Of a stretch of 30,423 nucleotides of DNA, positions 19,653 through 28,627 are shown in pieces (positions within the stretch are counted from its first letter, which is position 1; each line of letters opens with the position of its first letter). The position numbers and the translations under genes were made by a program. The DNA comes from an uncultured Clostridia bacterium (GTDB lineage Bacteria > Bacillota > Clostridia > Oscillospirales > Acutalibacteraceae). Where the stretch lies: NCBI GenBank assembly GCA_944381295.1, contig CALWKP010000021.1, forward strand, positions 1 to 30,423, given 5' to 3'. Under the pieces are notes generated by a model. It saw only the letters and a list, made by a program, of their open reading frames with translations, made no database searches and was not told the DNA's origin.

Positions 19653-20819
19653 TTACTGCATCTTGTAATTTTCCACAACCTTATATTTTCCGTCTTCAAT
19701 GGTCGTAATGACCGCTTCACGGACCGGGTTGCGGTTCTCGTCAAACGTTGTATTTCCGGTAAGGCCGTCATATTCCAAACCAGCCAGCGCTTCAATGATT
19801 GCGTTGGAATCCGTGGACCCTGCCTTATCGATTGCAGCAGCCATCATACCCATCGCGTCGTACCCCAAAACCGCAAACATATTTGCGTCGATACCATAAG
19901 TGTCACGATAGGTTTGCAGGAAATTCTGAAGATCTTCATCTTCACTTTCCGCGGAGTACTGGCTGCAGAAATAGCATCCTGTTACCGCGTCGAGATTTGA
20001 TTCATCCATCTGATCCAGAACGCCGTCCCATCCATCGCCGCCGAGCAGCTTTGCTGTGAGTCCGATTTCTTTTGCCTGTACTGCAATCAGGGCAACATCA
20101 CTGTAATATACCGGGATCAGCAGGACATCCGGATTCTCGCCCTTGATCTTTGTCAGCTGCGCTTTAAAATCCACACTCTTGGACGGATAAGATTCTTTCG
20201 CAACGACTTCCATTCCCAGTTCAGTTGCCTTTTCTTCAAACGCATCTGCGATACCGGTGGAATAATCGTCGCCATAATCATAGATAATCGCAACTTTCTG
20301 TGCGCCGAGTTTTTCCTGTGCATAGGACGCCATCAGCTGGCCCTGGAACGGGTCAATAAAGCATGCACGGAACACGTTGCTGCCTGCCGCTGTAATATCC
20401 GCTCCGGTGCCGGTCGCTGTAATCATCGGCATATTATCGGCAACAGACTTCTGTGCGACTGCAATTGTCGGCTTTGTGGTAACGTCACCAACCAGCGCAA
20501 CAATCTTGTCATCCTGCACCAATTTGTTATAAGCGTTGACCGCTTCTGTGGGATCGCCCTTTTCATCATAGCAAATATAGTCGATCTTTTTGCCGCCGAG
20601 AATGCCGCCCGCTTCATTGATTTCTTCTACTTTCAGCTTAATTGCGTTATCTACTGCGGTACCGTACTGAGAAACATCACCGGTCAGCGGAGCAAGCCCA
20701 CCGATTTTGACGGTATCTCCGGTATCGCCAGAGCCGCTGCTTGCTGATTCGGACTGGCAGCCAGCCAATGAGCAAACAAGCAAAGCTGCAGAGAGCAGCA
20801 TTGATAAAACACGTTTCAT
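19653..20819 (-). CDS. Branched-chain amino acid ABC transporter substrate-binding lipoprotein (LivJ/LivK family)
   Basis: Lipobox LAGC, KIGGLAPLTGDVSQYG, FRACFIDPFQG and LLGGDGWDG. Start at ATG 20819 behind AGGAGG. Confidence 0.93.
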   Translation of the reverse strand: MKRVLSMLLSAALLVCSLAGCQSESASSGSGDTGDTVKIGGLAPLTGDVSQYGTAVDNAIKLKVEEINEAGGILGGKKIDYICYDEKGDPTEAVNAYNKLVQDDKIVALVGDVTTKPTIAVAQKSVADNMPMITATGTGADITAAGSNVFRACFIDPFQGQLMASYAQEKLGAQKVAIIYDYGDDYSTGIADAFEEKATELGMEVVAKESYPSKSVDFKAQLTKIKGENPDVLLIPVYYSDVALIAVQAKEIGLTAKLLGGDGWDGVLDQMDESNLDAVTGCYFCSQYSAESEDEDLQNFLQTYRDTYGIDANMFAVLGYDAMGMMAAAIDKAGSTDSNAIIEALAGLEYDGLTGNTTFDENRNPVREAVITTIEDGKYKVVENYKMQ

Positions 20820-20943
20820 GATAACCAACCTCCTAAAAGTACGCTTACTGTTCATCCATTTAACAAACTGAAGAACTGCCGCATTGCTTTAATAAAGCTT
20901 TACGGTAATGCGTATCAAACTCATCATTTTTTGGATTGCTTTG

Positions 20944-20972
20944 ATTATACTCCTCTGTTCATAAATTTGCAA
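20944..20972 (-). promoter_or_regulatory. SigA-type promoter of the liv operon
   Basis: Minus strand TTGCAA-17 nt-TATAAT. Confidence 0.7.
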
Positions 20973-21090
20973 CAAATTTACGAATGATATTTCATAAAAC
21001 TTGCAGAATCGTCTTATTCCACAATTTTGTTATTTTCACAAGCTCAAAAAACGCAAAATGCATAAATGTTGTTTCAAAATTGCAAAACCT

Positions 21091-21756
21091 TTATTTTCTT
21101 CTGTTCCATCGCGCGATAATCCTTTTGATCGGTATCCCTTGCCCTGCAAACATCAATTCATGCTCTGTCACGATATTTTCCGGGTCGCCCTGCGCATAAA
21201 GGTCGTTTGTCTGCGATAAAATCTCAAATCCTGTTTCTGTAAGATATCTTTGCGTTGCAAGATACAAGTCCGTATTATCCGTCTTAAACCAGATTTCACC
21301 GCCATCCTGTAAAAAGGTTTGATACTTTTCCAGCTGTCTTGTATGCGTCAGCCGCTTTTTATGATGCTTTCCTTTCGGCCACGGATTGCAAAAATTGATA
21401 TACAGCCGTTCCACCTGGTCCTTTTCTTCCAGGATTTCTGTCACTCGTTCAATATCGAACGCCGTCAATGCGATATTGTCCGCCATGCGTCCCTCTTCCC
21501 CGCATGCCTGCTCAATATTCCGCCGCGCACTGCCGAGCACATCCATGCTCAGGTCAATCCCCAGATAATTGATTGCAGGATTCCGGCGCACGATCTCCGC
21601 CGTAAAGACTCCTTTCCCGCATCCTAATTCTACATGGAATGGGCCGCGCCTGGGAAACCATTCCTGCCATTTCCCTTTCAATGCCTGCGGTTCTTCAATA
21701 AAGTACGGACACTCTGCCAATTCCGGCCTAGCCCATGCTTTTTTTCTCATTCTCAT
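21091..21756 (-). CDS. trmB: tRNA (guanosine-46-N7)-methyltransferase
   Basis: MRMRKKAW, HVELGCGKG, INFCNPWPKGKHHKKRLT, FKTDN and VTEHE. Confidence 0.95.
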   Translation of the reverse strand: MRMRKKAWARPELAECPYFIEEPQALKGKWQEWFPRRGPFHVELGCGKGVFTAEIVRRNPAINYLGIDLSMDVLGSARRNIEQACGEEGRMADNIALTAFDIERVTEILEEKDQVERLYINFCNPWPKGKHHKKRLTHTRQLEKYQTFLQDGGEIWFKTDNTDLYLATQRYLTETGFEILSQTNDLYAQGDPENIVTEHELMFAGQGIPIKRIIARWNRRK

Positions 21757-21911
21757 CTCTTTTTCTCCTCATCTTCCGTATCATATAACGCCATCTTTAC
21801 TCCTATTTTATCAAAAATTCGTTCAAATCGCACTTCTTTTCTTGCTAAACAGCAGTTTTCGGCTTTCCTGCACACTTTTCCCTCAAGATCTCTTTTTCTT
21901 TTCTACAAGCT

Positions 21912-21939
21912 TACGCCCCGGAGCTTCCTCCGGGGCGTA
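21912..21939. terminator. Hairpin downstream of the PTS-IIC-like gene
   Basis: 12-bp stem TACGCCCCGGAG-CTTC-CTCCGGGGCGTA; no clear U tract. Confidence 0.5.
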
Positions 21940-21956
21940 CTTCCTTTTCCTCAACT

Positions 21957-22991
21957 TTATATGCTCAGCTTCATATCTCCGTCACGCACCCATCCGATCC
22001 GGCGCAGCACCCAATCGAACAGCAGCGTCAGGATCGCGGGGGCTATAAAATGCATCAGCGCTACTTCCAGCAGGATCTGCCAATCCGGCATACTCCCTGC
22101 CATCGCTGCAAATGCGCCAAACTGTCCTACTAACCCGCTTGTCCCCATTCCTGCACCGGACGCAGTATTCGTCATGCCAAACACACAGGTCGATATCGGC
22201 CCCAAGACCGCACTGGCCAGTGTTGGGGCTATCCAGATTTGAGGACGACGCATGATGTTCCCAAACTGAAGCATCGATGTCCCGATCCCCTGGGAGACCA
22301 GTCCGCCCCATCCGTTTTCCCGGAAACTGGCAACTGCAAATCCAATCATCTGGGCAGAACAACCTACTACCGCAGCGCCTGCCGCAATCCCATCGAGATC
22401 CAACATGATGCACAGTGCCGCAGAACTAATCGGAGCAGTCAACACCATGCCTACGATCACAGACACCAGGATTCCCATCGGGAACGGGGAAAGTTCCGTT
22501 GCCTGGTTGATGACAGCGCCAAGTCCCGCCATCACACTCTGGACACCGGGTCCTACCAACTGACCCGCAATACTTCCGGACACCACTGTAACAATCGGGG
22601 TCAGGATAATATCCACCTTTGTTTTCCCGCTGACAAGGCGCGCAATTTCCGTCCCAAAAACAGCCGCAATATAGGCACCAACCGGCCCCCCTGCATCGTA
22701 ACCAAAGGCACCACACACAACACAGGAAAAAATCACCAGCGGTTTGGCCTTTAATCCCCAGGCAACCGCCGCGCCAATCGCCGACCCCACCACCGGGGAT
22801 GACGCCGACGCCACTTCAGAATAGGGCGCTAAAAATGACAAAAATGGGATCTGGGAAAGCTGTGACAAAATCAGACCGATAATCAGCGAAGAAAACAGTC
22901 CCAAGGCCATCGCGCTCATTGCATCAATGAAATACCGCTTGAACAATTTCTTTACCAGTTCCCACGCTTTACTTCCTGTAACCTTTTCCAT
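21957..22991 (-). CDS. PTS_EIIC_2 / PfoR-like membrane protein
   Basis: MSAMALGLFSSLIIGLIL, LTAPISSAAL, GIGTSMLQFGNI and GMGTSGLVG are typical of this family. Start at ATG 22991 behind GGAGGAG. Confidence 0.85.
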   Translation of the reverse strand: MEKVTGSKAWELVKKLFKRYFIDAMSAMALGLFSSLIIGLILSQLSQIPFLSFLAPYSEVASASSPVVGSAIGAAVAWGLKAKPLVIFSCVVCGAFGYDAGGPVGAYIAAVFGTEIARLVSGKTKVDIILTPIVTVVSGSIAGQLVGPGVQSVMAGLGAVINQATELSPFPMGILVSVIVGMVLTAPISSAALCIMLDLDGIAAGAAVVGCSAQMIGFAVASFRENGWGGLVSQGIGTSMLQFGNIMRRPQIWIAPTLASAVLGPISTCVFGMTNTASGAGMGTSGLVGQFGAFAAMAGSMPDWQILLEVALMHFIAPAILTLLFDWVLRRIGWVRDGDMKLSI

Positions 22992-23025
22992 TGTAATCTC
23001 CTCCGTTCTCTTTCCCCCGGACTTC

Positions 23026-23379
23026 TTACTTTTCCTTTCCAAAAATAATCAGTGCCATCAATACCAGATCGTCCGCACCGGTATTCTCCAATCCGTGACC
23101 GTATCCGTCACCTGTATAAGTACAATCCCCTGCATGTACCGGCAGTAAGGTGCCGTTGTCGTTATAAACCCCTTCCCCGGATAAGAAAAAATATGTCTCG
23201 CTCTCTCCATGATGTTCATGGTATCCCAGGGAACTTCCGGGTGTCACCGTCACCCGCGCATACATTCCACATTTCCCATCCAGTTCCTTTTCCCCTAAAA
23301 GGCGTTCGATCTTTACTTGACCCTTTCCGCCCCTCATACCTTCCACGACTTGGATTTCCCTCTGTCCGTTTGAAGTCAT
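23026..23379 (-). CDS. Cupin domain protein
   Basis: GYHEHHGESETYFFLSGEG and HGLENTG metal-binding cupin motifs. Start taken at ATG 23379 (23385 also possible). Confidence 0.88.
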   Translation of the reverse strand: MTSNGQREIQVVEGMRGGKGQVKIERLLGEKELDGKCGMYARVTVTPGSSLGYHEHHGESETYFFLSGEGVYNDNGTLLPVHAGDCTYTGDGYGHGLENTGADDLVLMALIIFGKEK

Positions 23380-23411
23380 CTCCATCCCTCGATTCTCCAA
23401 ATTTTGATACG

Positions 23412-23440
23412 ATTTTATCACGGTAAAGCACAATATTCAA
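23412..23440 (-). promoter_or_regulatory. SigA-type promoter of the cupin / PTS-IIC-like unit
   Basis: Minus strand TTGAAT-17 nt-TAAAAT with an extended TG. Confidence 0.6.
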
Positions 23441-23570
23441 TTCCCCTTGTACAAAATCCGCAAAGGCAACAATTTCCCCATTTCCTCTTTCAACTTCTCG
23501 TTAAAAATATCGAATAATCATACCTTCATTCCCATAATAAGGCTGCGCTGTCAGATTTTCGAAGTTCTTT

Positions 23571-24191
23571 CTAAGTATTTTTCAACAAAATGATCTCCAT
23601 CAGATTTTCCAGTTTTCTGCAAGCTCTGCCACATTCTGCCAGCCTGAAAAAGATTCCTGACCAGGCAACTACTTCTATCGGTACAGAACAATCCTTGTAT
23701 AACCGTTTCATCGTCTTATGGTACAACATCTGTCCCTTTTCCCGCAATTCTGTGATTTGCCGCACCTTCTGGAACACTCTTTCCGGTTTTTGAAAATTTT
23801 CCAACTGGCCGATCATCCGTTCCATGGCACCACAGATTTCCAGGATATTTTGTGTAAACATCATTGTTTCCGTGCGCAGTTTTGTTGGGCAATACTGCGC
23901 AATTGCTTCCGCAGCATCCTGGATGGTCTGCGTTACCCCGACAATCCCCTGTGCAGCCGAAACGATATCCTCCCGTTCCATGGGAGGGACAAATTCCTTT
24001 TGCAGTTTCCAGAAAACGTCCCGCTTCCTGGCCTCTGATTCCTGCACGATCTCCGTAATTTGTTTCCTGACTTCTTCCAAAAGTTCCGGCCGGAACCTTT
24101 CCGCCATCTGATGGAAACATTCTGCTGCATATCTGGAACGACTGGCAAGAAATTTAAGCTCGTCAAAATATCCGCTGCGCTTTGCCGCCAT
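23571..24191 (-). CDS. DUF47 (PhoU-like) Pit accessory protein
   Basis: All-helical 206 aa with FVPPMEREDI motif; directly downstream of pit. Confidence 0.85.
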   Translation of the reverse strand: MAAKRSGYFDELKFLASRSRYAAECFHQMAERFRPELLEEVRKQITEIVQESEARKRDVFWKLQKEFVPPMEREDIVSAAQGIVGVTQTIQDAAEAIAQYCPTKLRTETMMFTQNILEICGAMERMIGQLENFQKPERVFQKVRQITELREKGQMLYHKTMKRLYKDCSVPIEVVAWSGIFFRLAECGRACRKLENLMEIILLKNT

Positions 24192-24206
24192 GTTTTCTCC
24201 CCTTCC

Positions 24207-25253
24207 TTAGAATATCCAGAGAAATAACCGTGCCATTAGATATCCCACCAGCCCGCAACCGGGAAACGTCAATCCCCAGGTGAGTACCATCTCCCACGCA
24301 ATTCCCCAGTTGACGGCAGAAATTCTCCTCGCAGCCCCCACTCCCATGACCGCTGCCGTCTTGGTATGGGTCGTGCTTACCGGCGCACCACTCAGCGAAG
24401 AAACAAACAAGCATCCCGCTGCCGCCATATCTGCGGCAAACCCCTGATAACGTTCCATATGTACCAGCTTCATCCCCACCGCCTTCATAATACGATAACC
24501 TCCAATGGACGTTCCCAACGCCATTGTTGCGGAACATAATCCCATCAACCACAGTGGAATTTCAAAAAAAACTATATCTTCTCTCCCCTGCGCCAGACTG
24601 ACGCCGAGCAGAAAAATCCCCATAAACTTCTGTCCATCCTGCGCGCCATGCATAAACGCCATGGCTGCTCCTCCGACGATCTGCCCTCCCTGAAAAAAAC
24701 GCATGCTTTTTCGCCGGTCACTATGACGAAAAAGAAATTCTATCGCTTTTGCTGCCGCCCATCCCATCACAAATCCCAGGAATGTCGAGAGCACTAACCC
24801 ATAAAGAACTTTCCCCCATTCTTCTGCACGGATTCCCTCGATACCTCCGTGCAGAGCCACCGCCGCACCGGAAACACCGGCAATCAACGCGTGGCTTTCA
24901 CTGGTGGGGATCCCAAATTTCCATGCAAACGCCGCCCAGACCACTACGGCAAACAATGCCGCGCACAAAGCGACGGACGCTTCCTGGGGATCCCCATGAA
25001 AATCCGCAATATGATATACGGTTTCTGCTACGGTTCTGTTCACAAATGTCATAAAAAGGACTCCCAAAAAATTGAACACCGCTGCCATGACGACTGCTGC
25101 CCGCGGACTCATGGAACGGGTGGAAACACAAGTTGCGATTGCGTTGGGAGCATCTGTCCATCCGTTCACCAAAATAACTGCCAAAGTCAAGACCACAGTG
25201 ATACAAAGCGCTGGTTGCTGCACAAGATGTAAGAAAAAATCCTGTATTTCCAC
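24207..25253 (-). CDS. pit: Inorganic phosphate transporter, PiT family
   Basis: NGWTDAPNAIAT, GIPTSESHALI, HGAQDGQK and PVSTTH signature motifs. GTG start behind AAAGGAG. Confidence 0.93.
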   Translation of the reverse strand: MEIQDFFLHLVQQPALCITVVLTLAVILVNGWTDAPNAIATCVSTRSMSPRAAVVMAAVFNFLGVLFMTFVNRTVAETVYHIADFHGDPQEASVALCAALFAVVVWAAFAWKFGIPTSESHALIAGVSGAAVALHGGIEGIRAEEWGKVLYGLVLSTFLGFVMGWAAAKAIEFLFRHSDRRKSMRFFQGGQIVGGAAMAFMHGAQDGQKFMGIFLLGVSLAQGREDIVFFEIPLWLMGLCSATMALGTSIGGYRIMKAVGMKLVHMERYQGFAADMAAAGCLFVSSLSGAPVSTTHTKTAAVMGVGAARRISAVNWGIAWEMVLTWGLTFPGCGLVGYLMARLFLWIF

Positions 25254-25314
25254 GTTTGGAACGCTCCTTTCCGTTTTTTCTTTTTGATTTCAATAAAATT
25301 GAATTTTTCCTTTC

Positions 25315-25342
25315 GGATACTTCCCGCATTCCGGCATATACT
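25315..25342 (+). promoter_or_regulatory. Possible mother-cell (SigE/SigK-like) promoter
   Basis: GGATAC-14 nt-CATATACT upstream of the 58-aa ORF resembles SigE ATA-14-CATACA(A)T; match is by eye only. Confidence 0.3.
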
Positions 25343-25360
25343 GTACCTGAGGTGATATTT

Positions 25361-25537
25361 ATGGCGATTTCTTTACGCGATCTTTTGGACGAAGATCCTT
25401 ATGCAGAACAATATTATTTATCCCTGCCCGAAATGATACGCAAATCGGCAGCGGAACATTCCGAAGAACTTCGTACCCGGGAAGAACTTCACCGTTACGT
25501 TACGGAAGCTCTTCAAAAAAGTTCTACGATTTTTTAA
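25361..25537 (+). CDS. Small hypothetical protein, 58 aa
   Basis: GAGGTG RBS then ATG 25361: MAISLRDLLDEDPYAEQYYLSLPEMIRKSAAEHSEELRTREELHRYVTEALQKSSTIF. It is the C-terminal part of the track ORF 25256-25537. Confidence 0.7.
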   Translation: MAISLRDLLDEDPYAEQYYLSLPEMIRKSAAEHSEELRTREELHRYVTEALQKSSTIF

Positions 25538-25633
25538 AAAGCTTCCTGTATTTATCCTTTTCCGCAATTTACAGCAGGGCTTCCCGGTTACAATGGAGAA
25601 AACACAATTTTCCACTGGAAAGGAGGCCCTGTC

Positions 25634-26488
25634 ATGTTGGATCGATTGAACTCATTTGCCAACCCTTATCCCATTCACTGTGTGTATGCGGACGGCTCCA
25701 CTGCCCCTACTCCGGAAGGCTACCCGGAACGTATTACCAAATGGTATGAAGCCGAATACATGATTCAGGGAAAAGGATATGTTCTCATGGACGGCATAAA
25801 GTATCCTGCGCATGCCGGTACTGTTTTTCTGCGCCCTCCGGGTATCCGGAACCAGGGGTTTCTTCCCTACCACAGTTATTTGTTACTATTTGATTTACAA
25901 GCCAGCCCTGCAAAAGCAGCATCTTATCACAACAGCAGCGTGCTCAATGATCCCGGCATGTGCCGACCTGCCGGGGAAAGCGCTTATTATCTGGAAGCCC
26001 GGGACCCGTCTTTTGTTCAAAGCCTCTTCCGGTCCTGCTGCCTTCATTTTTCGGAACACTCCGAACCTGGACTGCTGCATGCAAAAGCGGATCTTCTGGA
26101 ACTTTTTGCTTATTTCTGCGTCTGCCGCGAAGCTCCGGACTCTTTAGGCCGCACTTTGCGGCTGCATCAATCGGCAATTCTGGAGATCCGAAAAAAAATT
26201 GCAGAAAACCCTGCGGGTGACTATTCTTTAAACCAGTTTGCCGCAGAATGTGGGTTAAGTCCGAGCTTTTTATGCCGCGTTTTCAAGGAATCGACCGGGC
26301 AGACATTATTTCAATATCTTACCGAGACCCGTGTTCGCCATGCCAAAATGCTTCTGATCGATACCAGCTTACCGATCAAAGATATCTGCCGTCAAAGCGG
26401 ATTTCGAAATGAATCCTATTTTTACCGGGTATTCCGGCAGAGCACTGCTGTCAGCCCGGTACGCTTCCGAGAGATGCACCGGTTATAG
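25634..26488 (+). CDS. AraC family transcriptional regulator
   Basis: N-terminal cupin-like sensor domain; C-terminal LSPSFLCRVFKESTG...AKMLL...SGFRNESYFYRVFRQ dual HTH. AGGAGG RBS. Confidence 0.92.
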   Translation: MLDRLNSFANPYPIHCVYADGSTAPTPEGYPERITKWYEAEYMIQGKGYVLMDGIKYPAHAGTVFLRPPGIRNQGFLPYHSYLLLFDLQASPAKAASYHNSSVLNDPGMCRPAGESAYYLEARDPSFVQSLFRSCCLHFSEHSEPGLLHAKADLLELFAYFCVCREAPDSLGRTLRLHQSAILEIRKKIAENPAGDYSLNQFAAECGLSPSFLCRVFKESTGQTLFQYLTETRVRHAKMLLIDTSLPIKDICRQSGFRNESYFYRVFRQSTAVSPVRFREMHRL

Positions 26489-26507
26489 GCAAAACTTTGT
26501 GAAATAC

Positions 26508-26536
26508 TTGACAATTCTCTTTGGAAGGTATATACA
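26508..26536 (+). promoter_or_regulatory. SigA-type promoter of the sufC/sufB-like pair
   Basis: TTGACA-17 nt-TATACA. Confidence 0.55.
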
Positions 26537-26633
26537 TAATAATGTAAGAGAAAGAAAAAATATGCGGGGATTCCCGCAAAAGGATGACACGGACAGTTTT
26601 ACTGTCCGCAAAACGAACGGAAAGAGGGTTTCT

Positions 26634-27368
26634 ATGCTGCAGCTGAGCAACATCTCCTGGTCTATTCCGGGAGGGGAACACATCTTAAAAGATATCAACC
26701 TCACCTTTCAGGATGGGAAATTGACGGTAATTACCGGCCCAAACGGGGGAGGAAAAACTACGTTAGCCAAATTGATCGCCGGCTTGGAACAGCCTGCATC
26801 GGGCAGCATCCTGCTGGATGGAAAAGATATCACCCATATGGATATCACGCAGCGTGCGAAAAATGGGATTAGCTATGCTTTTCAGCAGCCTGTCCGTTTC
26901 AAAGGGCTGACCGTACGTGACCTGCTGGAACTGGCAGCCGGGTTCAATTTACAGGAAGCTGATCTGTGTACCCTGCTTAGTAAAGTCGGCCTTTGCGCCA
27001 GGGATTACATGGACCGCGAAATCAACAGCAGCTTATCCGGCGGGGAAATCAAACGGATTGAAATCGCTTCCGTACTGGCACGCCGCACTCCTTTGATGAT
27101 TTTTGATGAACCGGAAGCCGGGATCGATCTATGGAGTTTCAGCGGACTGATCGATGTTTTCCTTGATGCCCGCCGCAACCTAAAAGGATCTTTGATTATT
27201 ATTTCGCATCAGGAGCGCATTCTGTCGATTGCCGATGAAATCATTGTGATTTCGGGAGGCGTTGTAACGGCTTCCGGGCCGAAATCCGCCATCCTGCCCG
27301 GACTGCTCTCGGAAAATGACGGCGGCTGCGACTGGTGTTCCAAAGGCCCCAAAAAAGGAGGGAATTGA
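26634..27368 (+). CDS. SufC-like ABC ATPase (SmsC type)
   Basis: GPNGGGKTT, YAFQQPVRFKGLTV, LSGGEIKRIEIA and FDEPEAGIDLWSF; C-terminal CDWC. Start at ATG 26634 behind GAGGG. Confidence 0.9.
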   Translation: MLQLSNISWSIPGGEHILKDINLTFQDGKLTVITGPNGGGKTTLAKLIAGLEQPASGSILLDGKDITHMDITQRAKNGISYAFQQPVRFKGLTVRDLLELAAGFNLQEADLCTLLSKVGLCARDYMDREINSSLSGGEIKRIEIASVLARRTPLMIFDEPEAGIDLWSFSGLIDVFLDARRNLKGSLIIISHQERILSIADEIIVISGGVVTASGPKSAILPGLLSENDGGCDWCSKGPKKGGN

Positions 27369-27374
27369 GCCTCT

Positions 27375-28292
27375 ATGAAAACGATCACAGAAAAGTTATT
27401 GGAAACTATTTCCGACTGGAAGGATGGTTTCAGCGGCGCTTACAGCATCCGTGAGGACGGGAAATGTGCAGAATTCCGTTCCACCGATACGATTCGCATT
27501 GAACCGAAACAAGACCTTCCTGGTCTGGATATTCACGTTGCACCCGGAACAAAAGGGGAAACGGTATCGATCCCGGCATGCGTCACGCAAGGGGATATTG
27601 ATGACCTTGTTTACAATGATTTCTACATTGGAGAAGGCGCTGACATTATTATTTCTGCGGGCTGCGGGGTACACAACGACAGTGGAGAACCAGCACGTCA
27701 TAATGGGATCCATCGCTTTTTCCTGGCAAAAAATTCCCATGTCCTGTATCGCGAAAAACATATCGGCACCGGAGGTGGGGATGGCAAACGGTCTATCGAC
27801 CCTGTCACGTCGATATTCCTTGAGGAAGGCGCTGTGATGGAAATGGATACTTCGCAAATCGGCGGATTGGATGATTCCAACCGAAAAACCAATGCAGAAC
27901 TTGCCGCCGGTTCCCGACTGACCATCCGGGAGCGGCTTCTGACAGAAGGAAATCAGCAGGCGCACACAGATTTTGAAGTTTCCATCAATGGCGATGGAGC
28001 CGGAGTCGATTTGATTTCCCGTTCTGTTGCCCGCGGGGATTCCCACCAATCGTACCGTTCGCACATAATCGGGAACGCAAAATGTACCGGACATTCGGAA
28101 TGTGATGCGATCATCCCGGAAAACGGTACTGTCAGTGCCGCACCGGAGCTGGATGCACGTAACCAGGACGCTTCGCTGATTCACGAAGCCGCTATCGGGA
28201 AAATTGCAGGGGAACAGCTTCTCAAACTGAAGACTCTGGGACTGACGGAAACGGAGGCCGAAGCAAAAATTGTAGAAGGTTTCCTGCGGTGA
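27375..28292 (+). CDS. SufB/SufD family Fe-S scaffold (SmsB type)
   Basis: GHSECDAII, LIHEAAIGKIAGEQL and LGLTETEAEAKIVEGFL beta-helix C-terminal motifs. Confidence 0.9.
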   Translation: MKTITEKLLETISDWKDGFSGAYSIREDGKCAEFRSTDTIRIEPKQDLPGLDIHVAPGTKGETVSIPACVTQGDIDDLVYNDFYIGEGADIIISAGCGVHNDSGEPARHNGIHRFFLAKNSHVLYREKHIGTGGGDGKRSIDPVTSIFLEEGAVMEMDTSQIGGLDDSNRKTNAELAAGSRLTIRERLLTEGNQQAHTDFEVSINGDGAGVDLISRSVARGDSHQSYRSHIIGNAKCTGHSECDAIIPENGTVSAAPELDARNQDASLIHEAAIGKIAGEQLLKLKTLGLTETEAEAKIVEGFLR

Positions 28293-28309
28293 CCTAGGGG
28301 CGACTGAGT

Positions 28310-28401
28310 CTGGACCTGTGGTCAGCAAATCACGCACGCGTCGTGACCTCCGCCTGGACCTGCGGTCAGCAAGTCGCGCACGTGTTGTGACCTCCGCCTG
28401 G
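28310..28401. repeat. Two tandem 44-nt units with internal palindromes (REP-like)
   Basis: 28310-28353 and 28354-28397 match at 39/44, all differences are transitions, followed by a 4-nt start of a third unit. Confidence 0.85.
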
Positions 28402-28627
28402 CAATCAGTAAAAAGCCTCTTTCGCGCCCGCACTTGCAACCAAAAGGTTTTCCTCCCCTTTTTCAAAAGGCGAGCTTTGTTCGGCAAGCCGAGCGCCAGA
28501 CGACGGCGAAGAAATCCTCCTGCTGTTGCCTGAGAGCAGGAGCAAACTCCCAAAAAAATATCCTTTTGTCCGCCAGTATCAACAAGAGAACACCTGTTCC
28601 TGAGAAAAAAGCTCAGGAAGGGAGTGT

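Noticed and set aside
20980-21075. CodY boxes upstream of the liv operon
   Set aside because: Best matches have 4-5 mismatches to AATTTTCWGAAAATT in AT-rich DNA.
28310-28401. Possible CRISPR array
   Set aside because: Units are directly adjacent without spacers, only two copies, and no cas genes.
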